From the IMG/VR virus record IMGVR_UViG_3300048865_000005: a DNA stretch of 64,000 bases; one strand, written 5' to 3'. The position numbers were made by a program, and so were the translations under genes. Shown here in pieces: positions 1 through 8,520 of this stretch. The DNA is from a virus (taxonomy: Duplodnaviria > Heunggongvirae > Uroviricota > Caudoviricetes). The notes beneath the pieces are model-generated. The model made no database searches, was not told where the DNA came from, and worked only from the letters and a program-made list of their open reading frames with translations. Each line of letters starts with the position of its first letter. Within the stretch, counting starts at the first letter, position 1.

Positions 1-141
1 ATCATACACTACGGTTTCACCCTTTACCGGCTCTTTGCCATAGGGGAAGCTTTCTTGCTTTTCGCTGAATGACATAAGAAGTGCAAGACGTTCTGAGAAG
101 GTTTCCGGCTGTTTCGCAGTGTATTCAATAGCGTTGTACAT
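1..141 (-). CDS. hypothetical small early protein, partial (continues left of window)
   Basis: ATG at 139-141 on minus strand, open to window edge. Product MYNAIEYTAKQPETFSERLALLMSFSEKQESFPYG... shares an RLALL...SFPYG motif with the small ORF at 3558-3719. Immediately downstream of an early promoter at 174-202. Confidence 0.3.
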   Translation of the reverse strand, partial: MYNAIEYTAKQPETFSERLALLMSFSEKQESFPYGKEPVKGETVVYD

Positions 142-173
142 CTCTGGCGTTCCTGTTGTGTTCCGATTGCATC

Positions 174-202
174 ATTATAAGTGCTTATAATCTTATAGTC
201 AA
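174..202 (-). promoter_or_regulatory. sigma70-type early promoter (TTGACT-N17-TATAAT read on minus strand)
   Basis: Minus strand reads TTGACTataagattataagcactTATAAT. Member of a family with a conserved spacer (plus strand ATTATAAGTGCTTATAAT). Confidence 0.55.
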
Positions 203-238
203 CATATACAAAAAGCTTTACCGCCTATATTTAGGTTT

Positions 239-445
239 TTATTGTTGGTTTATTTCTGCGACTGTTAAGCTTTTAACGTGCCAACCATTAGGAAGAAAAG
301 CGGAGCGCCCCGACAACTTGCGGCAGTGCATCATACTTCCATCGCTGAAAGTGTATTTTGTTTCAAAATCAAAACGTTCTTTACGTACCGCTTGTTCTTG
401 AATTTTGGAAAGGCTTGCTTTCAATAGTTGTTCAGCTTTTGTCAT
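239..445 (-). CDS. hypothetical early protein
   Basis: ORF with ATG and a GGAGAtt RBS. In an operon with the 449-697 and 707-1159 genes. Confidence 0.5.
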   Translation of the reverse strand: MTKAEQLLKASLSKIQEQAVRKERFDFETKYTFSDGSMMHCRKLSGRSAFLPNGWHVKSLTVAEINQQ

Positions 446-448
446 CTT

Positions 449-697
449 TTAATCTCCTTTTGCTGTTAAGGTCTGAGAAAGCTTAGCATCGATAAAACCT
501 TTAGCATTGGCGAGCGTGACACGTTGAGAAATAACAAAGTATTGCCCGTCTCTGACTTCTACAACGTCAACCCAAGGATTGACAGTATAATGAAACAAAA
601 GGAATCCTTTATATTCTCTTGCGTCGGCTAGATTAGCTACATAGACACGCTTGGATACAGGGTTTTCTTCATTATAAAAAGTGTTGATGAGTTCCAT
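449..697 (-). CDS. hypothetical early protein
   Basis: 82-aa ORF, tightly packed with neighbours on the same strand. Confidence 0.55.
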   Translation of the reverse strand: MELINTFYNEENPVSKRVYVANLADAREYKGFLLFHYTVNPWVDVVEVRDGQYFVISQRVTLANAKGFIDAKLSQTLTAKGD

Positions 698-706
698 AAA
701 TTCACC

Positions 707-1159
707 TTATGCCTTTTTGCGGAAGTCCGCAAAGTTATAAATCTTAGCCGTCTGCACTGGCTTGGCTTCTTGCTGTGCTTCCTGCACTCCACCACGTACA
801 CAGGTACGGATTAGGTTTTTAATCTCTTCGAACTGGTCAGGCGTGAACAGGCTTTCACCTTCTTTCATCAACTCTGCTAGTGAATCGTTTTTCTTATCTT
901 CTAGGTATTCTGCATTTGCTTTGGCTTCTTTTTGCTCTTCAGTCAATACCATATCATCAGCACCGATAACAGGGCACATGCTATATTTACCCATTGGTCG
1001 CACTTGCTCGAAACCTTCGTATTCAAAGCAGCGGAGAGTTTTTCCACACTCTGTTTTGATAGTCTTAGCGGTACGGCTTACAACTGTAATAGAGAATACA
1101 GAATTTGAGTCACAGATTGAGCTAGTCGCGTATGTCTTGCCTACTTGAAACTGTACCAT
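707..1159 (-). CDS. hypothetical early protein (150 aa)
   Basis: ORF directly downstream of the consensus promoter at 1192-1220. No recognisable domain. Confidence 0.6.
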   Translation of the reverse strand: MVQFQVGKTYATSSICDSNSVFSITVVSRTAKTIKTECGKTLRCFEYEGFEQVRPMGKYSMCPVIGADDMVLTEEQKEAKANAEYLEDKKNDSLAELMKEGESLFTPDQFEEIKNLIRTCVRGGVQEAQQEAKPVQTAKIYNFADFRKKA

Positions 1160-1191
1160 TTTGTAAACTCCATTACGTTGTTGATGTGATA

Positions 1192-1220
1192 ATTATAAGT
1201 GCTTATAATCTATTTGTCAA
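1192..1220 (-). promoter_or_regulatory. sigma70-type early promoter (TTGACA-N17-TATAAT)
   Basis: Minus strand reads TTGACAaatagattataagcactTATAAT, a perfect consensus. About 35 nt upstream of the 707-1159 gene start. Confidence 0.65.
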
Positions 1221-1226
1221 ATAGTT

Positions 1227-1415
1227 TTAGAAAATTATTCTTTCTTTCTTCGGAGTTCTGAACAATCCTTTATAGCAGGATGTTTCGTGATATTTTTCTC
1301 TAATCTTTTGTTCGGCTCTTATGCAATCTTCATAAGATGCATACACAGCCGGGACTGACTCGTACCGTTCGCCGTTCACTAATACTACTACTAGAAGTCC
1401 GAACGCGGATACCAT
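1227..1415 (-). CDS. hypothetical early protein
   Basis: 62-aa ORF downstream of the early motif at 1464-1480. Confidence 0.45.
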   Translation of the reverse strand: MVSAFGLLVVVLVNGERYESVPAVYASYEDCIRAEQKIREKYHETSCYKGLFRTPKKERIIF

Positions 1416-1489
1416 TTTACTATTCCTTCAGGCTTACCGTTAAAGATAAGCCATTTTAAGGAAATTATAAGCACTTGTAAACAGGCTTA

Positions 1490-1678
1490 TTAAATTAATT
1501 TTCCTTCTCTTTCAAATCTTCTGTACTGTTTGAGTAGAATATATGCTTCACCTTTTGAACGTGTCGATGTGACGTATTTACCGACACTCTCACCTTCCTT
1601 CCCTTGGAAGTCCTCTATGTACCATAACGGAGCACCTTTCCGGCCTCTGTTCGCCATTTGATAGCGTGACTTCTTCAC
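1490..1678 (-). CDS. hypothetical early protein (basic)
   Basis: 62-aa ORF, Lys/Arg-rich. Confidence 0.45.
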   Translation of the reverse strand: MKKSRYQMANRGRKGAPLWYIEDFQGKEGESVGKYVTSTRSKGEAYILLKQYRRFEREGKLI

Positions 1679-1680
1679 CG

Positions 1681-1917
1681 TTAAGCTTCCATAAGCATTT
1701 TATAAAGATCATCTGTGTCTATATCTTCTAAAGGCTCTTTGTTGGCATTAACACCTTTAGACTTGAGGAATTCTATTTCTCTTTGAACTTCCTTTTCGCA
1801 CTGCGCAACCCAAACACTACGCTGAACAATTTCATCCGGCTTAGTTGCATTGGCTAGCCTTGCACGTTCATGTGAAAGGCGAAGCTGTAGAGTGTTTAAA
1901 TGGTCTGTGTTATACAT
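1681..1917 (-). CDS. hypothetical early protein
   Basis: 78-aa ORF. Overlaps the upstream 1910-2344 gene by 8 nt, typical of phage packing. Confidence 0.5.
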   Translation of the reverse strand: MYNTDHLNTLQLRLSHERARLANATKPDEIVQRSVWVAQCEKEVQREIEFLKSKGVNANKEPLEDIDTDDLYKMLMEA

Positions 1918-2344
1918 TTTCTGTACCTTCTAGTGACTTCAGGTCACTACGGAAAACGTATGGATTCATATTACTAAATGCCCACCGCTCAGGATTGTCC
2001 AGCTTAACGACAACACGTGAAGGATTGCCCGGTTCTGTTTGTTTAACTTCCACGCTATTGCCTAAATCGTCAAAATCTTCAAAGCCAATAACAGTACCAG
2101 TGCCTAAACCTTTCACCTCTACTCGCTCACCGACTTTATATGTTGTTTTAAACTTAGTATTAAAATCTTTCAGCAAGGTTTCAAAACGGTTTTCCAGTTT
2201 GTTCACCCAAAAATCTGCATTGTTGTCGTCTGCGGAAATTTCAAGCATATCAATACAGAAGGTGAACTTTTCCTCTGTTCTTTCGTATGCTTTCGCGTCG
2301 TTGAGTGTGGCATTATTGATAATATCTAAGAGTGTATTTGTCAT
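1910..2344 (-). CDS. hypothetical early protein (144 aa)
   Basis: ORF 33 nt downstream of the promoter at 2382-2410, with a GGAAGG RBS. Confidence 0.6.
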   Translation of the reverse strand: MTNTLLDIINNATLNDAKAYERTEEKFTFCIDMLEISADDNNADFWVNKLENRFETLLKDFNTKFKTTYKVGERVEVKGLGTGTVIGFEDFDDLGNSVEVKQTEPGNPSRVVVKLDNPERWAFSNMNPYVFRSDLKSLEGTENV

Positions 2345-2381
2345 TTTAAAACCTTCCGGGTTTGTCGATTTGATGAAAGAG

Positions 2382-2410
2382 ATTATAAGTACTTGTAATT
2401 ATAAAGGCAA
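2382..2410 (-). promoter_or_regulatory. sigma70-type early promoter (TTGCCT-N17-TATAAT)
   Basis: Conserved motif ATTATAAGTACTTGTAA on the plus strand. -10 TATAAT on minus. Confidence 0.5.
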
Positions 2411-2438
2411 GCACTTTTTGATACTTGCCTTTATATTT

Positions 2439-2558
2439 TTAGGCTTTGATTAGATAAAGCCCTAGTAAAGCAAACATAAGGATGAGAGAGCAGTTAGTAA
2501 ACCAAGCTAACACGTTCTCTTTACGCTTCGCTCTTTCTAAATCTTCTTGCCTTGTCAT
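2439..2558 (-). CDS. small membrane protein (39 aa)
   Basis: ATG with a GGAGCATATT RBS. Single hydrophobic helix (LILMFALLGLYLI). Below the ORF-track size cutoff. Confidence 0.3.
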   Translation of the reverse strand: MTRQEDLERAKRKENVLAWFTNCSLILMFALLGLYLIKA

Positions 2559-2614
2559 AATATGCTCCGATTGTCAAGCATCTAACTAATACTAGACTGA
2601 ATTGCTGGCTTTGT

Positions 2615-2905
2615 CTAGTGGAAAAGCTTATAAATCAAGACTAGCGAAGCGACTAAAGCCCCGGCACCTGTAGCGACCTGTACCGATCCGTACCACTTTA
2701 TTTCCTTTCTTGTTTTCTCTGCGGTTAGCGGTACTAGCATTGACTCTTCTAGAGTTTTTGCCGTCTCGACTTCCATTTTCGAGATTTCCTGAATCAGCTT
2801 TAATCGCTGTAACTCTTCGACGGATTGCCCTTTGTCTTCCATTTCTACCTCTCTGTGTGGTTGACGAGAGATATTATAAGTGCTTGTAACTGAAAGATCA
2901 AGCAC
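2615..2905 (-). CDS. hypothetical early protein with C-terminal transmembrane helix
   Basis: 96-aa ORF. C-terminal VQVATGAGALVASLVLIYKLF hydrophobic segment. Promoter at 2873-2901 lies upstream. Confidence 0.55.
   Translation of the reverse strand: MLDLSVTSTYNISRQPHREVEMEDKGQSVEELQRLKLIQEISKMEVETAKTLEESMLVPLTAEKTRKEIKWYGSVQVATGAGALVASLVLIYKLFH
2873..2901 (-). promoter_or_regulatory. sigma70-type early promoter (TTGATC-N17-TATAAT)
   Basis: Same conserved-spacer family. Confidence 0.5.
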
Positions 2906-2917
2906 TTATTAGGTATT

Positions 2918-3148
2918 TTATTTCAAAAGAACAATTTCTTTTATTTCGTCATCTTCGTTTGTGTCTGTCTCCTCTCCTATGACTTTTAATTCTTCGTTAT
3001 AGGTCGAATATTTGACAGATTCATACTGTGCGCGACGAATCGGTATAGCTAAAACATGTCTCCAATAATTTCCGGTGTGATGTTCAAAACATACTTCCAT
3101 ATCATCATCGAAACCATCTAATAATTTTTTCAGTTCAGCCACTTTCAT
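2918..3148 (-). CDS. hypothetical early protein (acidic)
   Basis: 76-aa ORF. Confidence 0.5.
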   Translation of the reverse strand: MKVAELKKLLDGFDDDMEVCFEHHTGNYWRHVLAIPIRRAQYESVKYSTYNEELKVIGEETDTNEDDEIKEIVLLK

Positions 3149-3149
3149 T

Positions 3150-3494
3150 TTATGCTCCGAAGTATTTAGCGGTATAAGCTTTCGCAGTTTCTAGAATTTT
3201 TTCTATTTCCGCATTGTCTGTATAATCTGCTATAACATCATATCCATCGTTCCCGTATACTAAATGTACAGTACCTACGGGTTCGCCTTTCTTCTCGCCT
3301 TCCGCATAACGGAACTTCAAAAAATCCCAATCAGTAGTTTGCACCGCTTCCATAACTTCTGTGACTTTAACAGAACGTTTTACCGTCCATGCCTCCCCAT
3401 CGTTGAGGCTGACTGTATAACCGATGGCAATAGCATTCTGTACAATCTTACGGACGATTCTTTTTTCTAGGTCTATGCGAGCTTGAACGTTCAT
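3150..3494 (-). CDS. hypothetical early protein (114 aa)
   Basis: ORF downstream of the promoter at 3533-3561. Confidence 0.55.
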   Translation of the reverse strand: MNVQARIDLEKRIVRKIVQNAIAIGYTVSLNDGEAWTVKRSVKVTEVMEAVQTTDWDFLKFRYAEGEKKGEPVGTVHLVYGNDGYDVIADYTDNAEIEKILETAKAYTAKYFGA

Positions 3495-3532
3495 TCTGAT
3501 TCCTTACCGTTACAGTAGCTTTGATATGTGGA

Positions 3533-3561
3533 ATTATAAGTATTTGTAATTAGGTAGTCAA
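3533..3561 (-). promoter_or_regulatory. sigma70-type early promoter (TTGACT-N17-TATAAT)
   Basis: Minus strand reads TTGACTacctaattacaaatactTATAAT. Confidence 0.55.
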
Positions 3562-3719
3562 GCAAAATTTTGTATATTTTTTGGAGAATTTCTCAGCTTA
3601 GCCACTGCCTCTACGTAAGCTTCGAAACCATACGGGAAGCTGGCATTATGCTCAAGACTCGGAGTTGCTTTGTGTACAAGCAGTGCCAGACGTTGTTTAA
3701 AGGATAATTGTTTTTTCAT
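3558..3719 (-). CDS. small hypothetical protein (53 aa), paralog of the partial ORF at 1-141
   Basis: ATG at 3717-3719. Product MKKQLSFKQRLALLVHKATPSLEHNASFPYG... shares the RLALL..SFPYG motif with the ORF at 1-141. Confidence 0.35.
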   Translation of the reverse strand: MKKQLSFKQRLALLVHKATPSLEHNASFPYGFEAYVEAVAKLRNSPKNIQNFA

Positions 3720-3781
3720 TGCTTCGCTTCCCGTTTATTCAGGGGAAGCTTCCGCCTCCCTTTAACTAGACTTAAATAAGA

Positions 3782-3997
3782 TTACAGGTAGATTTGAGAA
3801 TTGCAGAAGGTTGTAAACTCTTCCTCTGTTAGCTTTTCAGAGAGAGCCTGTAACATTGCATCAAACACAGAGTTTGGCAAGGCTGGTGACTTTGAGTCTT
3901 TGATGATCTCCGCCTTTAGATTCTCTACCGAAAGCTCAGATGCTTTATCAACCATTTGAGAAAAAATTATAGCTTGTTCACGGTTTACAGCAGTCAT
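3782..3997 (-). CDS. hypothetical early protein
   Basis: 71-aa ORF downstream of the promoter at 4053-4081. Confidence 0.5.
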   Translation of the reverse strand: MTAVNREQAIIFSQMVDKASELSVENLKAEIIKDSKSPALPNSVFDAMLQALSEKLTEEEFTTFCNSQIYL

Positions 3998-4052
3998 TTT
4001 CGATTCCTTCTTTTCGGTAGACTCGACTCTGTGTCTCGTCTTGATGAGATAA

Positions 4053-4081
4053 ATTATAATTACTTATAATATTGCAGTCAA
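4053..4081 (-). promoter_or_regulatory. sigma70-type early promoter (TTGACT-N17-TATAAT)
   Basis: Minus strand reads TTGACTgcaatattataagtaatTATAAT. Confidence 0.55.
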
Positions 4082-4095
4082 GCAGAATTTGCGAT

Positions 4096-4278
4096 TTATT
4101 TTACATGCTCAAAACAGCGCTCACAATTTCCCATCCGAGGAATTCTATTGACACTCCCTGCTATTGTGTGGCTGTGCCCACAAGAAAACGTTACGTTAAA
4201 AATCCCGCTTCCTACGTAGGATAGTTGAGTAATTTTTCTGCGCTTCATGCTTGATTTTTCCTGATGCACCAAGCACAT
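4096..4278 (-). CDS. hypothetical small Cys/His-containing protein
   Basis: 60-aa ORF with a CGHSH....C..C pattern, possibly zinc binding. Confidence 0.4.
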   Translation of the reverse strand: MCLVHQEKSSMKRRKITQLSYVGSGIFNVTFSCGHSHTIAGSVNRIPRMGNCERCFEHVK

Positions 4279-4521
4279 AAAATGCCTTTACTAATACCTA
4301 AACCACACTGCGCACAGGTTCCGTGACTCTTGCTATACATTTTCATCTTAAGCTCTTATGCCTGAACTTCCCGGATTATATGGACATACGAACCATATTG
4401 GCAATCTTTCTTATCGCGGGAACGAATGGCTCCGCTTTTTGTTTTGCAACGGGCAACAACTGCTTGAGTCAAGCGGTTTACGATGTAGTATGCAACTTCA
4501 GTACTTGCTGTATTCATTATC

Positions 4522-4719
4522 TTAAACCATCACAATGCCATAGAAAGGTTCGAAACGTGCAACTAGACGGGAAACGCCACTCCCTATAGTGTAGATATAA
4601 CCGAAACCGTTATTTTCCATAACCTTCTTGACTTGTTCGGATACTTCATTTCCAGAAGTACAGTAAATAGAGTTGCTACCGGGAGCCATGATTCTGTGCG
4701 TGATTTTCTTTGAGTTCAT
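4522..4719 (-). CDS. hypothetical early protein
   Basis: 65-aa ORF downstream of the promoter at 4752-4780. Confidence 0.5.
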   Translation of the reverse strand: MNSKKITHRIMAPGSNSIYCTSGNEVSEQVKKVMENNGFGYIYTIGSGVSRLVARFEPFYGIVMV

Positions 4720-4751
4720 TTTCTTATTCCTTTAGCTAGTTGATGGGAGAG

Positions 4752-4780
4752 ATTATAAGTACTTATAACCTCTCAGTCAA
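4752..4780 (-). promoter_or_regulatory. sigma70-type early promoter (TTGACT-N17-TATAAT)
   Basis: Conserved motif GATTATAAGTACTTATAA on the plus strand. Confidence 0.55.
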
Positions 4781-4787
4781 TAAATAT

Positions 4788-5105
4788 TTAATCTGCGTTT
4801 ACTGACATACTATAATTCAGTTCATCTATTTCTTCGTCTGACATATTGCCGTGACAGGCTCGAAGAGTTACATAAGCATTGTAACCATCGTCTCCGCCGT
4901 TGTCGCGGCCTTTATCGTCTATGTACTTCCAAGAACGCAGAATCACACCTTTTTCACTGACAACCTCGTCCAGCAACTCAAATGCTGCTAGGTCAGTAAA
5001 GTTTGAAGTGTGCTCTTCATTTGTTGCTATGTCGCGGTACTTGATGATTAGCATGATTCTCTTCCTCTTCCCTGAGAGGCTTTGTGCCTCTCTTGTGTGA
5101 TCCAT
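4788..5105 (-). CDS. hypothetical early protein (105 aa)
   Basis: ORF downstream of the early motif at 5114-5130. Confidence 0.55.
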   Translation of the reverse strand: MDHTREAQSLSGKRKRIMLIIKYRDIATNEEHTSNFTDLAAFELLDEVVSEKGVILRSWKYIDDKGRDNGGDDGYNAYVTLRACHGNMSDEEIDELNYSMSVNAD

Positions 5106-5138
5106 TCTAGCAAATTATAAGTACTTGTAAAGTATTTT

Positions 5139-5282
5139 TTATTGTTCTTCTAAAATTTTTTCTAACTCGTCTTCTAGGTCTAGCACTTCCCTGTCAGGCT
5201 CGAAACATTCCGGGCACATTCCCCGTTCCTTACTTAAATCGCTCCACAACTTAACGTCGCATTCGCTACATTGCGTCTTCAT
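5139..5282 (-). CDS. small zinc-ribbon protein (47 aa)
   Basis: ATG with a strong GAGGAGG RBS. CxxC...CxxC (CSECD...CPECF). Start overlaps the upstream ORF's stop (ATGA). Below the ORF-track cutoff. Confidence 0.45.
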   Translation of the reverse strand: MKTQCSECDVKLWSDLSKERGMCPECFEPDREVLDLEDELEKILEEQ

Positions 5283-5431
5283 AACTCAACCTCCTCAGCG
5301 AGATTCCAGTTCATTTGCTGGATGAGTTCTCTACAGTGTTTTTCGCTTGGACGTGTGCGGAGAATCTTTCCGCTTTTCGCTTCCAGTATACGCCAGAACT
5401 GCCGACTTTGTTGCTTAATGATAACTCTCAT
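5279..5431 (-). CDS. small hypothetical protein (50 aa)
   Basis: ATG with a GAGGGTTAT RBS, downstream of the promoter at 5471-5498. Translationally coupled to the 5139-5282 ORF. Confidence 0.4.
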   Translation of the reverse strand: MRVIIKQQSRQFWRILEAKSGKILRTRPSEKHCRELIQQMNWNLAEEVEL

Positions 5432-5470
5432 ATAACCCTCACACAGACGTTACTGCTCTTGATGCAAGTG

Positions 5471-5498
5471 ATTATAATCACTTGAAATATACAGTCAA
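5471..5498 (-). promoter_or_regulatory. sigma70-type early promoter (TTGACT-N16-TATAAT)
   Basis: Minus strand reads TTGACTgtatatttcaagtgatTATAAT. Confidence 0.5.
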
Positions 5499-5529
5499 TA
5501 GAAATTTATAATTATTTGAAATTTATTAC

Positions 5530-5557
5530 AAACACAAAAGCCCGCTTATTAGCGGGC
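5530..5557 (-). terminator. rho-independent terminator (hairpin GCCCGCT-TATT-AGCGGGC plus U-run)
   Basis: 7-bp GC-rich stem overlapping the stop of the 5549-5980 gene. On minus it is followed by TTTTGTGTTT. Confidence 0.45.
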
Positions 5558-5980
5558 TACAGTATTCGTTTTTTCAGATAGTAGACTGTCTCTGTATTGT
5601 TCAAGCTGAAGATTCAACACATCAACACCCGAGCCTAGAACGGTCTGAACTTTTTCATTGGTAGCCAGTGTCTCTACACCGTAGGCCGCAACCATTGCGT
5701 ACAACGTCTTTTCAGATGGGATCATTACACAAGTAAAACCCATAAGTACCGGGACAACCATTAAGAAAATACAACGCTTTCCCCATCTCACCATCGAAAG
5801 TTGTTTTTCTTGTGCCTCTTGTCTGTCTCCTCTGTAGTCGTATCTACTAGAGTTACCCTCTAGCAAGAGGAAGAGAGCAGAGCCGAAAAGCCCGACTGCT
5901 AGAACAAAAGCAAAGAAGCCTAACCACGAGGAGACTTGAGGAAGAACGCCAATCAAATAAACAATTAAAGCTAGTGTCAA
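5549..5980 (-). CDS. integral membrane protein (3-4 TM helices)
   Basis: 143-aa ORF with long hydrophobic stretches (LIVYLIGVLPQVSSWLGFFAFVLAVGLFGSALFLLL, LMVVPVLMGFTCVMI). TTG start. Confidence 0.55.
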   Translation of the reverse strand: MTLALIVYLIGVLPQVSSWLGFFAFVLAVGLFGSALFLLLEGNSSRYDYRGDRQEAQEKQLSMVRWGKRCIFLMVVPVLMGFTCVMIPSEKTLYAMVAAYGVETLATNEKVQTVLGSGVDVLNLQLEQYRDSLLSEKTNTVAR

Positions 5981-6144
5981 TTTAATGTAACCTCGGAAAT
6001 AACCTTTCCGCTTAATATCAACTCAATCTTGTCAACATCTTTTGTATTAAGCTGGTCGTTGTACCAGCCGATATATTCAGATGTTTTCCTGTGCTCCAAC
6101 TTTAGATTTTCTTTTAGATATTTGTTTAGTTCATCAATAGACAC
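5977..6144 (-). CDS. small hypothetical protein (55 aa, GTG start)
   Basis: GGAG RBS 7 nt before GTG. Stop overlaps the TTG start of the 5549-5980 gene (TTGA). Below the ORF-track cutoff. Confidence 0.3.
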   Translation of the reverse strand: MSIDELNKYLKENLKLEHRKTSEYIGWYNDQLNTKDVDKIELILSGKVISEVTLN

Positions 6145-6281
6145 TTATTGACTCCATATACTTTTCCGGGATTTTCTCAGGTCTCTAAGAGAACGATCTG
6201 AGCGCTTAAGCTCTTGGCGTACCTGATTGAATTCCCAAGGTTGGAGTGTTTGCGCGATTTTCTTTAGATTCGTTTTCATTC

Positions 6282-6467
6282 TTACTCTTCAATAATAAAT
6301 AATTCTTCAAGAAGTAGGGCTTGATAAGAGGATTGTTGCCGAAACCCTGCCGCTGCTACCTTATTTCCCATCAATTCAAGCGTTTCAGCCGTAGAATGAT
6401 TATCTTTTTCGGCTTTTTTCAGTGTGTTGTAGAGTTGTTCTGTACTGTATCTAAACTGGATGTCCAT
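6282..6467 (-). CDS. hypothetical early protein
   Basis: 61-aa ORF. Confidence 0.4.
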   Translation of the reverse strand: MDIQFRYSTEQLYNTLKKAEKDNHSTAETLELMGNKVAAAGFRQQSSYQALLLEELFIIEE

Positions 6468-6615
6468 GATTTGTTATGTAATTTGATAAAAATTCTTTGG
6501 ATTTTTCTCTAGGCGACAAAAAACCCTTCTGAATCAATGATATACCACACACCATCTTGACGGAATATTTTATGACGTACACCAACAGAAGCCAAAAGAA
6601 AAGACCGTTCGAACG

Positions 6616-7215
6616 CTACCTTACGAGACATGCAAAAATTCCCTTTAACTTTTTGATAGAAATTGTGAGGATTTTTTCAAAGGCGACAAAAAACATCATC
6701 AGGGAGTCTTGGTCTTCTACTCCTCGGAACATGCCGCCTTGTTGCCACTTTACGAAAGTATCGGAGGGCTTGTCAACTTTTTTCGAAAGTTTTTTAGGTT
6801 TTTCAGTAATTTCTTCAAATTCTTCAGAATTTTCTTCTGTCCAGCCGCGCTCTTTTGCCAGCCGTGCAAAACCTTTCTCTAGTCTTTCATCCATTTTCTG
6901 CCGAGCATACCAATAAACATCAGTAGGAATATTACCATTTTTATATTCCCGCTCTAGCTCAAGACTCATAGTCTCTAGACGGCTGTAATTACCTTCAGCC
7001 AAACAGACGCGCTCAACAATAGAACGCTTTTTTACACTTTTCTTTTCTGAAGGAGAGTCTGCATAAAAAGAAAGATTTGCAGAATTTCCTTTAAAATGGT
7101 TTTCATACTCGGATAAATTGACAGAACGTCCCGCTCTATTGCCAATCTGTTCACCGCTGTACTCATCACCAGCAGCAGCACCTACCCAAGACTGCACAAT
7201 ATACGTTCTAGCCAT
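6616..7215 (-). CDS. hypothetical early protein (199 aa)
   Basis: Long ORF, no domain recognised. Confidence 0.6.
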   Translation of the reverse strand: MARTYIVQSWVGAAAGDEYSGEQIGNRAGRSVNLSEYENHFKGNSANLSFYADSPSEKKSVKKRSIVERVCLAEGNYSRLETMSLELEREYKNGNIPTDVYWYARQKMDERLEKGFARLAKERGWTEENSEEFEEITEKPKKLSKKVDKPSDTFVKWQQGGMFRGVEDQDSLMMFFVAFEKILTISIKKLKGIFACLVR

Positions 7216-7226
7216 GATTACTTACC

Positions 7227-7553
7227 TCAAGCTGAAAAGTTACCAACAAAATACACAAAAACGCAGAACCCGGCAATCACAAAAAACCAGTATCTTACCC
7301 TTGCTGTTCGTTCTTCGTGAGCAAGCGCTGTTTTCTGTTCTTCTTCCGGTAAAGTTGCAATTGCGCAGGTATCAGCAATTCTTCTCTTGATTTTATTGTT
7401 ATGCGAATAAATCGTTAAACAATGAATAAAGAAGATTGGAAGCCATAATAGGGAAGTAAAAATACAGAGAAGCAAATGAAGAACAATTACACCTATTCCC
7501 ATTTTCTTTTTCTGATTTTCCAAAGTCATTAATGCAAAATATGCTTTGTCCAT
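7227..7553 (-). CDS. membrane protein (2-3 TM)
   Basis: 108-aa ORF with hydrophobic segments (IGVIVLHLLLCIFTSLLWLPIFFI, WFFVIAGFCVFVYFV). Confidence 0.5.
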   Translation of the reverse strand: MDKAYFALMTLENQKKKMGIGVIVLHLLLCIFTSLLWLPIFFIHCLTIYSHNNKIKRRIADTCAIATLPEEEQKTALAHEERTARVRYWFFVIAGFCVFVYFVGNFSA

Positions 7554-7587
7554 TATCCTTCCTTAGCTACTTCCTGCTTTATAATTA

Positions 7588-7791
7588 TTATTTACGACGT
7601 TTTGATTTAAAGGCAATAAAGTTGCCAATAATTTCAAGGTGGTCATTCAAGATTGCATGTAAATCCATTGCGTCTTCGATGGAAATTTTACTAAAATCTT
7701 TTTCCACTAATGCAGCTTCGATAATTGCAGCATGAGCTAAATAATCTTTAGGTATAATCTCCATCTGCCGACGAATTGTTCTTTCTTGCAT
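7588..7791 (-). CDS. hypothetical early protein
   Basis: 67-aa ORF. Confidence 0.45.
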   Translation of the reverse strand: MQERTIRRQMEIIPKDYLAHAAIIEAALVEKDFSKISIEDAMDLHAILNDHLEIIGNFIAFKSKRRK

Positions 7792-7882
7792 TTTCTCTAC
7801 TCCTTCCTCAAGGGGAACGTATCAAAAGATTAGTCCAAAATTGAAGCACTGTCAACGTCAGACAGCCACCCTTGACAAAAGT

Positions 7883-8200
7883 TTACACTCCAACTCGAAG
7901 TTCCATTTTAAACGGCTTACTTGTGCTAACTGGATCAACTGTTGAGTCTACTCGGAACCCTAAACGAAGCATCATTTCCATTAATACATCTACGGAAAAG
8001 AGGTCATAATGTCCTTTAACTAGCGTGTTCAGCCTTGGAGCGCTAACACCTAGAACTTTCGCTGCTTCGTTTTGCTTCCACCCACGCTGCTTAATAGCGT
8101 TAGTAATTGCAGACGCTAGCCGCTCTTTTAGAGTGTGCATCTGGTACTTAACAGGATCGGTAGTTACAAGTTCCAAGATTTTCGATACTTCTGTACTCAT
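7883..8200 (-). CDS. XRE-family helix-turn-helix protein (HigA/antidote-like)
   Basis: Motif QNEAAKVLGVSAPRLNTLVKGH....SVDVLMEMMLRLG is typical of XRE HTH antitoxin-like regulators. Confidence 0.55.
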   Translation of the reverse strand: MSTEVSKILELVTTDPVKYQMHTLKERLASAITNAIKQRGWKQNEAAKVLGVSAPRLNTLVKGHYDLFSVDVLMEMMLRLGFRVDSTVDPVSTSKPFKMELRVGV

Positions 8201-8520
8201 TACAACACCTTTAACCTTTTAGCAGGAGTTACACAATTAAGTAATCTCTCTAGCTTAATTCGTATTCTTTCAACTTCAGTATATGATAACACACCATCTT
8301 GTGTTTGTGCTATGTACGCTATACCGCCTATCCATGCTGAAACAGATAATTGATAAGCTGTTATCATATGCTCTTTATTCTGCAACTTCTTGAGCTTAAT
8401 TAATTCTTTAGTTTTTGTTTTATATTCTTTAAAAATCCTTTTTCTAACTAATTCAATATAAAATGAATTCCGTTTCAAGGTATTTTTCACTTTCTTGGAG
8501 CCTCTAAGGGACCACACCAT
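8200..8520 (-). CDS. hypothetical basic protein (upstream partner of the XRE gene)
   Basis: 106-aa Lys/Arg-rich ORF. Stop abuts the XRE gene start. No clear RBS. Overlaps the 8487-8681 ORF by 34 nt. Confidence 0.3.
   Translation of the reverse strand: MVWSLRGSKKVKNTLKRNSFYIELVRKRIFKEYKTKTKELIKLKKLQNKEHMITAYQLSVSAWIGGIAYIAQTQDGVLSYTEVERIRIKLERLLNCVTPAKRLKVL

Noticed and set aside
762-2453. Plus-strand ORFs (762-1148, 1845-2453, also 156-401, 4323-4589, 6321-6512, 6557-6916, 7118-7390) overlapping the leftward early genes
   Set aside because: They lie antisense to tightly packed minus-strand genes that have promoters and RBSs. They have no RBS, low-complexity or odd composition, and a non-phage-like codon pattern. 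Treated as spurious shadow ORFs.
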